Shown here in pieces: positions 26,561-38,700 of a stretch of 64,000 nucleotides of DNA. The stretch lies in NCBI GenBank assembly GCA_038087875.1, contig CM075990.1, positions 4,838,001-4,902,000 on the forward strand, given 5' to 3'. Numbering within the stretch: the stretch's first letter is position 1; every line of letters starts with the position of its first letter. The notes beneath the pieces are model-generated. The model searched no databases and was not told where the DNA came from. It worked only from the letters and a program-made list of their open reading frames with translations. A program made the position numbers and the translations under genes. This stretch comes from Malacoraja senta (Eukaryota).

Positions 26561-27809
26561 GAGGTCTGTTATTGCGAAGGTTTACTGTATCATTGTGACG
26601 GAGTTGTATTTTAAAGCAGGCTTGTTTTACGGTAACAGAAGGTTAAATGTTTATTGTTCCAACATCCTGTTCTCCCAACAGGGATCCAATTCACCCAGAG
26701 AAAGGGAAATGGCATCATTTTTATTATCACATTGTCTCTGTCTGACGAGGCCTATAATGAGTGTTTTATACCATTGACTGAGCTCCAAAAACTAGTAATT
26801 ATATCATTATCATAGCAACACAAATCAAGTTGGGAGAGTCAGCAGGGGGTGTGGAGTTTTAAATAATGTGCAGACAATATTTGTTGGTGCGAAGAATAAA
26901 AAAAAGAAATAGGCTAAAGTCAGCACAGCTTTGTTAAAAAGCGAAGGATTTAATTGACTTGTGTAGGTTAAACTGGTACAAAGTATTGGAGTAACTCAGC
27001 AGGTTAGACAGCATCTCTGGAGAACATGGACAGGTGATGTTTTGGGTCGGGACCCTTCTTCAGACCGATTGTAGGGTCCTGACCATGTTCTCCAGAGATG
27101 TTTTGTTACTTTAGTCGTGACAATAAACTAGGTTCGTTTGTTATCACGTGTACTGAGGTAGAGTGAAACTTTTTGTTGCGCCTGACCAGCTGAGTTACTC
27201 CAGCACTTTGTATCTTTTTTTTTGTAAACTAGCATCTGCAGTTCCTTATCTCTCTAGGATAAACTAATATTGATATGTCTTGCCGGGTGAATGAGAAAGT
27301 TCTTCGGCCTCAGAAAAGGGACACGACTTTCTGAATTTCAACAGGAATATTTGGATATTTGCAGGTGGAAACTATGCTGGCGATCCCTTTGCAAACGACT
27401 CTAAAAATATTTTTGTAATTTCCTGTATTATTTAGTTTAATTTCCCTTTTGCCAAGTCCTTGGTTCCTCAGTTTAACTCCCGCCTAATCTTCTGGACCAG
27501 GAGTGGAGTTGGGAAATGCCAACTTGTTTCCCGATCATTTTAACCGATTACCCTTGGATAAGCAAGGCAGGGAAGAGTCTGTGATGAAGGGAGAGCATAG
27601 ATGGTGAAATACCTCTCTGCCGGAACTCACCAACATGCACTAAGACTTGGCTTGGCTGACCGGGGGAGCACCGTTGGAATCTTACTACCAGCGCACGCTG
27701 CCCTCGGGGTGACAGAGATGAGACGGTTCATAAGTTCAAAAGTTCTAGGAGCAGAATTTAAGCCATTCAGCCCATCAAGTTTACTCTGCTATCCAATCAT
27801 GGCTGGTCT

Positions 27810-28320
27810 ACATGATTGCCCACCTCTGTGGAGAGTGTGGATTTGCGAAGAGAGTCTGGAGAATGATGCAACGATCCTTCTCACGGATCATCCCGGATAT
27901 CTCCGTAATTGAGTACTCTCTGATTTATACCCAGGCTATACCCAGGGACACATTCGGAGATGGACATCAAGTGCTGCTGGAAGATCATCAACTCAGTGAA
28001 AGGCATCTGCCTAAAACTTGTTGGTCTCCCAGCAGAGCGAGATGCCTGTCGGGGAATGTTGCCGCCTGGCCAACACCAGGCTGCAGGGGGATGTGCTGAA
28101 GGATGCCTCTGAAGCTCGGTGCAGCCAATGCCAAGGCTCTGTGGGGGAGGGCCACAGTCTAGGGTCCTTCCGCTGCTGGACGTTGAGGGGCAGAGTCTGG
28201 TGGGGACACCCCTTAAACAAGTGAAGGGATATCACCCCAGGGGGACACAGGTGTGTCAAGGTGCTGGGTTTAAGGATAGTTAGCGAACACTACCAAATAT
28301 GTCACTAATAAATGTACAAA
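27810..28320 (+). mobile_element. Tx1/L1-clade LINE 3' fragment
   Basis: Cys/His knuckle remnant HLCGECGFAKRVW, then CWKIINSVK and ECCRLA. Confidence 0.7.
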
Positions 28321-28326
28321 CACTGA

Positions 28327-29416
28327 AGGGCCTGTCCCACTTGGGCGATATTTGGGCAACTGCGGAGCGTCAGTGACTGACGCTCGTAAAACCGTCAAGT
28401 TGCACGACATACACGCTGACGTATGCTGTCATGCGGGTGACGCCCGGTTAGGATTGAGGCTGTAAAATATTCTTCCTTCAATGCATGGATTTTATACATT
28501 AATATATTAAATTTAATACCATAAAATCAATTGTGTAAATGAAAAGATGTCTGAGTCGTTCAGTTTTATTTATAAATGTATTGGTCTGCTTCCAGATCCG
28601 ATCACCGTCTCTATAACTTTTCACAGGGATGGATTCAGTGAGTGTAGACTGAACTCCCCTCTCCCCTCTTCCCCCCTCCCACCCCATCCCTCCTTCTCCA
28701 CTCCCCCCTCCCTAACCATAACCCTAGCCTTAACCGTAACCCTAACTCTAGGTTGCTAGGCTTGGTATAAGTATAAATTGTCTCTAGCATGTGTGGGATA
28801 GTGTGCGGGGGATCACTGGTCGGTGTGGACTCGATGGGCCAAAGGGCACTGTATCTCTGAACTAAATGTGACACAGGGGCCCCAGGAGTTGGACTCGAAC
28901 CCCCAATGTTCTGCCTGCTCCTCATGGGAACTAAACTGTTGGCCACGAGTTGTCCCAGAGGCAAATCTCTCTTCCAATGGTCTCTCCAAACCCCCAGAGG
29001 CAGCGGGCTTTTCAACTGGGTACAGGCAATGTTGTGAATGTACCAGTGCCACCCACCTGCTCCGGCCACTGAGTCTAAATACCTACCACCCATTTTGAAG
29101 CAAGGCGAGGGGGCGGAGGGAGGTGTGGGGGGTTGTTCCCAAAGTCTGCATTCATCCCATAGTCAATGTTACTAAAACAGATGATGTGGCCTTTGTTCCA
29201 CAAATGGGGGGTGTCGGGGAAAGTGCGTCTGTGGTCCCTAACCCCAACCCTAACCCTAACCCTAACTGGGCGTCACCCACAGGACAGCACAAGTCAGCGT
29301 GAGACAGGGCGCAGGACATGATGAGAAACCCAAATGTCGCCCCAGGATTTTGAACATTCCAAAATGACAGGGAAGCACCGCTGTCGCCTAAATGTCGCCC
29401 AAATGAGACAGGCTCT
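28327..29416. mobile_element. Harbinger-type element with nested inserts and (CCCTAA)-like tracts
   Basis: Left TIR AGGGCCTGTCCCACTTGGGCGA; right end TCGCCCAAATGAGACAGGCTCT (3 mismatches); TGA on both flanks. Confidence 0.65.
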
Positions 29417-29969
29417 TGAGAATGTAGGACGGTTTTTGGCACTGTTCATATATTGTGTATATTTTTTAAACTGAATAATGTTTATTTTGGGAAATTAAAA
29501 AAAGGAGAGAGCATGGACACTGAGAGGACATTAAGGGGCCTCCGGCCCACCACGGCCTGGCCCACCGTCCCACCGTTGTACATCACAGTGCCAGACTAGC
29601 CCACTGCATGTAGAGTGTGCTTTCGCCTCCTGCGATGTCCCATAGAGCGGATGGTCTTCTGACAAATGTATGGGAGCGGGGAGGGTCAGGTTCAGATGCG
29701 CGCAGCTGGATTACCACCAGGGGGCTCTGCTGATCACAACGGGAGATATCTCAGTGTCAAAGGGACACAAAGTCTGGAGTAACTCTGCTGCCTGACTCAA
29801 AGTCAGACTCAAAGTCAGGCAGCATCTCTAGAGAACATGGATAGGCAACGTTATGCATCGGGTCCCTTCTTCAGACTCAGCGTGTCCGGCAATGGAGATG
29901 GAAATGATTCAAGAGTGGAGACACAAGGAACTGCAGATGTTTCAATCTTGAGTAAAACACTAAAAGTGT

Positions 29970-30480
29970 CAGCGGGTCAGGCAGCATCCCTGGAGAAAAG
30001 GAATAGGTGACGTTTCGGGTCGAAACCCTTCTTCAGACTGAGAGTCAATGGGGGGGGGGGGGGGGGGATCTAGAGGTATGAAAAGATTCAGAACAAATCG
30101 GAAACTCGGCGGGTCCGACAGCGTCCGTGGAGGGAATGTACAGACGATGTTTTGGGTAACAGTCTGGCAGTCCATCAGTCTGAAGAAGGGCGACACAAAA
30201 TGCTGGAGTAACTCAGCGGGTGAGGCAGCATCTATGGAGAGAAGCAATGGGCGACATTTCGGGTCGAAACCCTTCTTCAGAGTCCCGACTCGAAAGGTCG
30301 CCTCGGTAGACACAAAATGCTGGAGAAACTGAGCGGGTGAGGCAGCATCTATGGAGAGAAGCAATGGGCGACGTTTCGGGTCGAGACCCTTCTTCAGACT
30401 GATGTCAGGAAAGGTCGCCTGTCCATTTCCTGCACAGATACGACCTGACCCGCTGAGTTCCTCCAGCACTTGGTGTTATG
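29970..30480 (-). repeat. Cluster of Penelope-tail units carrying minimal hammerhead-like motifs
   Basis: Direct units at ~30192-30281 and ~30309-30399 plus ~29970-30040; minus strand CTGAAGAAGGGTCTCGACCCGAAACGTC. Confidence 0.7.
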
Positions 30481-30725
30481 CTGAAGAATTGAAGTATTTA
30501 ATTGTCACACGTCCGGGAACGGGACAATGACATTTATACTTGCTGCAACTTTAATGCGGTAACACAATACACAACAATACAAAATCCTACAAATTAATGG
30601 ATTTGATTACAGATCAGAGCTGGCAAAATCCAAATACTACCACAGCTAATAAAAATTTGCACGTGTATCGCATTTATTGCAAAATGCTTTCTATAATGAT
30701 GGTAATATAATATAACGAAGTGTAA

Positions 30726-30918
30726 GGGGCCTGTCCCACTTGGGCGTCATTTGCGCGTAATTTACGCTACATCATTTACGCGTCATGGTGCGCATTACGC
30801 GCGCATGGCGCGTGGTGATGTAAGCAGTCGCGCGCGGCGCCCCAGGATTTTGGGATGTTCAAAATCTCCGCGCGCCATCTGCGTGACGCGTAAATGACGC
30901 CTAAGTGGGACAGGCCCT
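30726..30918. mobile_element. PIF/Harbinger-type MITE
   Basis: TIR GGGCCTGTCCCACTT(G/A)GGCGTCATTT; TAA/TTA flanks; CG-rich palindromic interior. Confidence 0.8.
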
Positions 30919-31624
30919 TTACACTTCGCCCGTTGTGAACGTCGCAATGGTAGAAAGTAATTAGAGATGTAAAGAAGAGATATGATGATTTTAAACATCG
31001 TGAGCGGTATTGCAAACAGTAACTGAAGGGGTCCGAAGGTCACAAGGTCATAAGTGATGAGTAGAATTAGGCCATTCGGCCCATCAAGTCTTCTCTGCCA
31101 TTCAATCATGACTGATCTATCTCTCCCTCCTAACCCCTTTCTCCTGCCTTCTCCTCATAACCTCTGAAGGGTCCCGACCCAAAACGTCACCTATCCATGT
31201 TCTCCAGAGATGCTGCCTGACCCGCTGAGTTACTCCAGCACGTTATGTATTTTTCTGTAAACCGGCATCTGCAGTTCCTCGTGTACCACCTCTGAAAGGT
31301 GATCTGCCATCGTTGCTTTTCGCCACTAGAGGTGTAACGGCGATACCAGCAAACGCCAACAATGCCAAGCATCAAGTGACAGGAGCGGGAAAAGTTCCGA
31401 ACCAAGTCGGAATCCAAGATTTTCCGTTCCTCAAAAGACTGGGAATCTATCCCTCCTTCTGTCCCCAGACGCTGCCGGACCCGCCGAGTTCCTCCAGCAC
31501 TTTGCTCAAGATTCCATCATCTGCAGTCTCTTGTTACTGCTACCCCTCGTTAGATGGGCCGAATGTCCATTGGGAGCTCTGTGGGTAATTGGGGAGAGTG
31601 TTGGACTTCACACACTCTGGTGAT

Positions 31625-31982
31625 TTCATAAAGTCATACGTGATAGGAGCAGAATTGGGCCATCCGGCCCATCAAGTCTCCTCCGCCATTCAATCGTGGC
31701 TGATCTATCTCTCCCTCCTAACCCCATTCACCTGCCTTCTCCCCATAACCCCTGACACCCGTACTAATCAAGAATCTATCTCTGCCTTAAAAATATCAAG
31801 TGACTTGGCCTCCACAGCCGTCTGTGGCAATGAATTCCACAGATTCACCACCCTCTGGCTAAAGAAATTCCTCCTCGTCTTCTTCCAAAAGGAACGTCCT
31901 TTAATTCTGAGGCTGCGACTGGTTCTAGACTTCCCTACTAGTGGAAACATCCTCTGCACATTCACTCTATCCAAGCCTTTCG
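31625..31982 (-). mobile_element. CR1 LINE 3' end
   Basis: RMFPLVGKSRT...NFFSQRVVNLWNSLP plus CR1 3' UTR. Confidence 0.85.
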
Positions 31983-34554
31983 CTATTCACTTTACTATCC
32001 CCCCCCCCACCACACTACCCCCCCCCCCCCTCCCTCCCATCCACAGGGATCTGATTCCCCCCTCCCCGTACGTCCCTTCTCCCTCTAACAAGCCGATTGT
32101 CCCCTCGTTGCTCTGAACCCATGTCTCCCTCTGAACTCCTTTCGCCCCTTTCTCAGCACCAGACGTTCGCTGGCATCTCTATTCCCTCCCCCCTTTTCCC
32201 ATTCCACTCCCCACAATTGGCACAGGTTGTTGTTGCAAGAACAACCAGCTTGGGGGGGGGGGAACCCAAATCCAATCGTTATCCCAACTCGGGACGGGAG
32301 AGGAACAAGCGCTGAAAGCCCGAACGATGATGGCTGGTTGATACCTACCGGCCAGCGCCGCTCCGAGCCACACCAAGATCCCAGCGACAACCCACACGGC
32401 TCGCATCCTGCGGCGTTAACGCTGATTGCTGGTTCCTGTCGATCTGCCGCTGGCTCCACAATCCCGGACAACGGGACATGCAGGGGGAAGGAGGAAGGGG
32501 AAGGGAGAGGGAGTATTGTACTGGACGCCTCCCAGATTTCAGTTTCCTTTTAATTTGCCGTCTCTCGCACTGTAGCCCACTAAACCACTCCCTCTCCGGC
32601 TCGTTCACTCCAAGCGCTTTATTTTGATTTCTCACGTCTGGAAACCTTTTTATAATGACTCAGTGTGCAAGTGTTTATTTTTAGTTTTAAAGATACAGCG
32701 TGGGCAGCGGGCAAGCCAGTGTTCTGAAGAAGGGGCTCGACCCGAAACATCACCCGTTCTTTCTCTCCAGAGATGCTGCCTGTCCCGCTGAGTTACACCA
32801 GCATTTTGTGTTTACCTTCAGGATGGAAACTGACGTTTCGCCCCACTACTGATCACCCGTGCACGCTAGTTCTATGTTTAAGAAGGAAACTGCAGATGCT
32901 GGAAAATCGAAGGTAGACAAAAATGCTGGAGAAACTCAGCGGGTGAGGCAGCATCTATGGAGCGAAGGAAATAGGCAACGTTTCGGGTCGAAACCCTTCT
33001 TCACACTAGTTCTACGTTATCCCGCGTTCTCATCCACTCCCTATAGTTTTACAGGGGGCCAATTAACCCACAAACCCGCACGTCTTTGGAGATATGGGCG
33101 GACCGCCAGAGCACCCGGAGGAAACCCACACGGTCATATGGAGAACGAGCAAACTTCACACACAGACAGGTCCGAGTTGAGTATCGAACCTGGGTCTCTG
33201 GCGCTGTGAGGCAGCGGCTCTACCAGCTGCGCCAATGTGGTGAATGCGTATTTCACAATCAGGTGAATGTTACCAATCAATTGGTGTTTGTTTTTTAATG
33301 GTGAATTACACCAATGCTCAAGCAAGCTGGATCCCAGTAAGATTTGAAATATTCTTGATCGAGGAAAATGTGAGGGAGAGACTTCAAACCCGACGGTGGG
33401 GATAGTTATTATGTTCACCTTCTGGGCACTAAAGCTGTTCCTGATATCGTCCCCACTGGAAGGATTAAGGGACTTGATTAGTACTGGTGTCAGGGGTTAT
33501 GGGGAAAAGGCAGGAGAATGGGGTTAGGAGGCAGAGATAGATCAGCCATGATTGAATGGCAGAGTAGATTTGATGGGCCGAATGGCCTAATTCTGCTGCT
33601 GTCACTTACGAAGGGGATGCTGCACTGTAGAAGATGCCTATTTATGTGCTACTTCAAACTCCCCTCACTGGTTACTGTGAGATCAACTGTGGCGAAAGTT
33701 CGAAGGACATGAGGTAAGTTCTCCTCACTATCCTGGGAACAACATTCCCCGCTCCATTGCATCCAACATTATTCATCTGCTCAATACACCCTTGGAGTTT
33801 GTTAGACCTATTAGATAATTTTGTTGTCATACACTCCAAGATGCAATGAAAATCCTTGTTCTTATATAAGTTCATAAATTCATGTCACAGAAGCAGAATT
33901 AGGCCACATCGAGTCAACTCCGCCATTCAGTCACGGCTGATCTATCTTTCCTTCTCAACCCCATTCTCCTGCCTTCTCCCCATACTAATACCCATATTAA
34001 TTAAGTGCTTGCCAATCTCTCCTTTAAAAATATCCAAAGACTTGGCCTCCACACAGCCATCCGTGGCAATAAATTCCACAGATTCACCACCCTCTGGCTA
34101 AAGAAATTCCTCATCTCTTTTATAAAAGTATTGGGTGGAAGATTGCAACCTTCACGTGGTCCGCCCTGTTTCAACGAATGCAATCAACCCGACGTGCACA
34201 ATCAAATAAGATCAAATAGAACAAGTTGTCTTACAACTTTAGGCTGTGCACGCCATACGCAAGAAGAAGTATAAAAGTATGTCCTTTTATTCTGTGGCTA
34301 CAGCACGCCTTTCTGCCCACCCAGTCCATGCTGACCATCAACTCACTAATCTTACATTAATCCCTTTTCTATCCATGAGAAGCAGCTGATGGTGATTCAG
34401 GTTATGTTCCTAGATTAATGATCTCAACAGCATTGAGTGGATAACTCAATGCCACACTGAGGGAACGATACATCATCCTCATCATAATAATAATTTAGAT
34501 GTAACATGAAACCTCTGCTCTCTCAGGTGGAACTGAAAAATTGCCTGATATCTC

Positions 34555-34870
34555 AGCTTAGTTTAGTTTAAAGATTAAGCCCGGAAACAGGCCTTTCGCC
34601 CCACCGAGCCCACGCCGACCACCAGCAATCCCCACACACTTACACTATCCTACACACACTAGGGACAATTTTACATTCATTAAAAAAAACAAATAACCTA
34701 CAAACCTGTACATCTTTGGAGTGTAGGAGGAAACTGAAGATCTGTGGGAAAAGCCCATGCAGGTCATGGGGAGAACGTGCAAACTCTGAACAGACAGCAC
34801 CCGTGGTGAGAATCGAACCCGGGTCTCTGGCGTTGAAAGGCAGCAACTCTACTGCTGCACCACTGTGCTA
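34555..34870 (-). mobile_element. tRNA-derived SINE (HE1/V-SINE type)
   Basis: Reverse complement of A box/B box head, V-type core, CR1-like tail, (ctaaa)n end. Confidence 0.8.
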
Positions 34871-34919
34871 CCCACGTCATTTGTACCCAGCGTGCTGCCC
34901 AAACATTGACGCATAAAGA

Positions 34920-35215
34920 GCGTCACGGTGGCGCAGCGGTAGAGTTGCTGCTTTACAGCGCTGGAGACCCAGGTTCGATCCTGACTACAGGTGCTGTCTG
35001 TATGGAGTCTGTACGTGCTCCCCATGACCTGCATGGGGATTCCTCCCTCACACCAAAGACGTACAGGTATGTACTTGGTGTATTAATTGGCTTGGTGGAT
35101 GTGTAAACTATCCCTAGTGTGTGTAGGATAATGTTAATGTGCGGAGGTCGCTGGTCGGTGCGGACTCGGTGGGCCAAATGCTCTGTTTCCATGCTGTATC
35201 TATGAAATAAAAAAA
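34920..35215 (+). mobile_element. tRNA-derived SINE (HE1/V-SINE type)
   Basis: GGTGGCGCAGCGG A box, GGTTCGATCC B box, core and tail. Confidence 0.8.
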
Positions 35216-35572
35216 CCCAACACAAATCTTCTGATTACCACTATTTGTGGGCTCTTCCTGTGCACTATTTGACTGGCAGATTTGTGACTTCAAGACAGTC
35301 AAATGATCAATGACTAGTCACACACCCATTGGGACTGTGGACAAACCAATGATGAGAATGCCAGAGAGCAGAGTTGGTGGAGTGTCTTGTAAATTGCATT
35401 AATTAGATGTCCCGGAGAATGGAGTCTCTCACAAACTTCATCCTCTTAGATCTTTTAGCCAGGGTTTGGCAGGGAGATTAACAGGGTGGTGGTGAAGGTG
35501 GGATTGAGTGATAATTGAATTTCTATTTTTCTTGTACCCTGTCATTTCAACAAGTGCATTGTAGATCACTCA

Positions 35573-35759
35573 TGTTATGAGTCATGCGCCCACTTGCTTT
35601 TACAGTAATCCTCCCTGCCTGTTTCCCTTAGAATTAGAGAAACATGCTGGCATGAAGTTATCTATGCTATGTCGTGAATAAAGTCTTTGGACCTTTATCA
35701 TGGTGTAAGGCTTCAGTTATTACCACAGCCGTAACACAACATGGTGTCAGAAGTGGGAT
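35573..35759 (+). mobile_element. LTR remnant followed by tRNA-Leu primer-binding site (Gypsy-like)
   Basis: TGTTATG...CACAACA (35573-35741; left limit uncertain), AATAAA at 35678, then TGGTGTCAGAAGTGGGAT (35742-35759), complementary to the 3' end of tRNA-Leu. Confidence 0.7.
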
Positions 35760-35789
35760 ACCAACCTGTATATACCAACCGGTATAGAG

Positions 35790-38700
35790 ACCGGCCCTGT
35801 TGCTCAGAAAGGTAAGGAAAAGAAGAGGAGGGCAATACTAATAGGGGACTCTATAGTTAGGGGGTCAGACAGGCGATTCTGTGGACGCAGTCGGGAGACC
35901 CGGATGGTAGTTTGCCTCCCTGGTGCCAGGGTCTGTGATGTGTCTCAACGTGTCCAAGATATCCTGAAAGGGCAGGGAGAGGAGCCCGAGGTCGTGGTAC
36001 ATATAGGTACCAATGACATACGTAAAAAAAGAGGTCCTGAAAGGAGAATTTAGGGAGTTAGGAGGGGAGTTAAAGAGAAGGACAGCAAAGGTAACAATCT
36101 CGGGATTACTGCCTGTGCCACGCGACAGTGAGAGTAGGAATGGAGCGAGGTGGAGGATAAATGCGTGGCTGAAGGACTGGTGCAGAAGGCAGGGATTCAA
36201 ATTTCTGGATCATTGGGACCTCTTTTGTGGAAGGTTCGACCTGTACAAAAAGGATGGGTTGCACTTGAACCTGAGGGGGACCGATATCCTGGCGGGGAGA
36301 TCTGCAAAGGCTACTGGGGAGACTTTAAACTAGAATGGTTGGGGGGAGGGACTCAAATAGAGAATGCTATTAGACAGTGTGTGAGGCAGGAGGCAGAGAA
36401 CGAAAGCACTCAGACCCAACATGTAGGGGGGAAAGAAGAAAACAATAATAAACAGAGAATAAGAGGTGGTGGGGTTCTTAAATGGGTGAGCAGAGAAACA
36501 GAGGGGTGTAAAATGCGGGCGGAAGCAATAGGTAGCAAGGTGAAAAGTAAAAGTGGCTGGCAGACAAATCCAGGGCAAAAATCAAAAAGGGCCACTTTTC
36601 AACATAATTGTATAAGGGGTAAGAGCGTTGTAAAAACAAGCCTGAAGGCTTTGTGTCTCAATGCAAGGAGCATTCGTAATAAGGTGGATGAGTTGAACGT
36701 GCAGATAGCAATTAATGATTATGATATAGTTGGGATCACGGAGACATGGCTCCAGGGTGACCAAGGCTGGGAGCTGAACATCCAGGGATATTCAATATTC
36801 AGGAGGGATAGAGAGAAAGGAAAAGGAGGTGGGGTAGCATTGCTGGTTAGAGAGGAGATTAACGCAGTGGAAAGGAAGGACATTAGCTTGGAGGATGTGG
36901 AATCGGTATGGGTAGAGCTGCGAAACACTAAGGGGCAGAAAACGCTGGTGGGTGTTGTGTACAGGCCACCTAGCAGTAGTAGTGAAGTTGGGGATGGCAT
37001 CAAACAGGAAATTAGAAATGCGTGCAACAAAGGCAAAACAGTTATAATGGGTGACTTCAATCTACATATAGATTGGGTGAATCAAATTGGCAGGGGTGCT
37101 GAGGAAGAGGATTTCTTGGAATGTATGCGGGATAGTTATCTAAACCAACATGTAGAGGAACCAACGAGAGAGCAGGCTATTCTAGACTGGGTATTGAGTA
37201 ATGAGGATGGGTTAGTTAGCAGTCTTGTTGTGCGTGCCCCCTTGGGCAAGAGTGACCATAATATGGTTGAGTTCTTCATTAGGATGGAGAGTGACATTGT
37301 TAATTCAGAAACAACGGTTCTGAACTTAAAGAAAGGTAACTTTGAGGGTATGAGACGTGAATTGGCCAGGATTGACTGGCAATTAGTTCTAAAAGGGTTG
37401 ACGGTGGATATGCAATGGAAGGCATTTAAAGACTGCGTGGATGAACTACAAAAATTGTTCATCCCAGTTTGGCAAAAGAATAAATCAGGGAAGGTAGTGC
37501 ATCCGTGGATAACAAGGGAAATCAGGGATAGTATCAAAGCAAAAGGTGATGCGTACAAATTAGCCAGAGAAAGCAGCATACCAGAGGACTGGGAGAAATT
37601 CAGAGACAAGCAGAGGAGGACAAAGGGCTTAATTAGGAAAGGGAAAATAGATTATGAAAGGAAACTGGCAGGGAACATAAAAACTGACTGCAAAAGTTTT
37701 TATAGATATGTGAAGAGAAAGAGATTAGTTAAAACAAATGTAGGTCCCTTGCAGTCAGAAACAGGTGAATTGATCATGGGGAACAAGGATATGGCGGACC
37801 AATTGAATAACTACTTTGGTTCCGTCTTCACTAAGGAAGACATAAATAATCTGCCGGAAATAGCAGGGGACCGCGGGTCAAAGGAGATGGAGGAACTGAG
37901 TGAAATCCAGGTTAGTCAGGAAGTGGTGTTGGGTAAATTGAATGGATTAAAGGCCGATAAATCACCAGGGCCAGATAGGCTGCATCCCAGAGTACTTAAG
38001 GAAGTAGCTCCAGAAATAGTGGATGCATTAGTGATAATTTTTCAAAACTCTTTAGATTCTGGAGTAGTTCCTGAGGATTGGAGGGTAGCAAACGTAACCC
38101 CACTTTTTAAGAAGGGAGGGAGAGAGAAAACGGGGAATTACAGACCAGCTAGTCTAACATCGGTAGTGGGGAAACTGCTAGAGTCAGTTATTAAAGATGG
38201 GATAGCAGCACATGTGGAAAGTGGTGAAATCATTGGACAAAGTCAGCATGGATTTACGAAAGGTAAATCGTGTCTGACGAATCTTATAGAATTTTTCGAG
38301 GATGTAACTAGTAGAGTGGATAGGGGAGAACCAGTGGATGTGTTGTATCTGGACTTTCAGAAGGCTTTCGACAAGGTACCACATAAGAGATTAGGATACA
38401 AACTTAAATCACACGGTATTGGGGGTTCAGTATTGATGTGGATAGAGAACTGGCTGGCAAACAGGAAGCAAAGAGTAGGAGTAAACGGGTCCTTTTCACA
38501 ATGGCAGGCAGTGACTAGTGGGGTACCGCAAGGCTCAGTGCTGGGACCCCAGCTCTTTACAATTTATATTAATGAGCTGGATGAGGGAATTGAAAGCAAC
38601 ATCTCCAAGTTTGCGGATGACACTAAGCTGGGGGGCAGTGTTAGCTGTGAGGAGGATGCTAGGAGACTGCAAGGTGACTTGGATAGGCTGGGTGAGTGGG

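Noticed and set aside
34920..35000. tRNA-like A/B boxes
   Set aside because: SINE heads continuing into SINE core and tail, not tRNA genes
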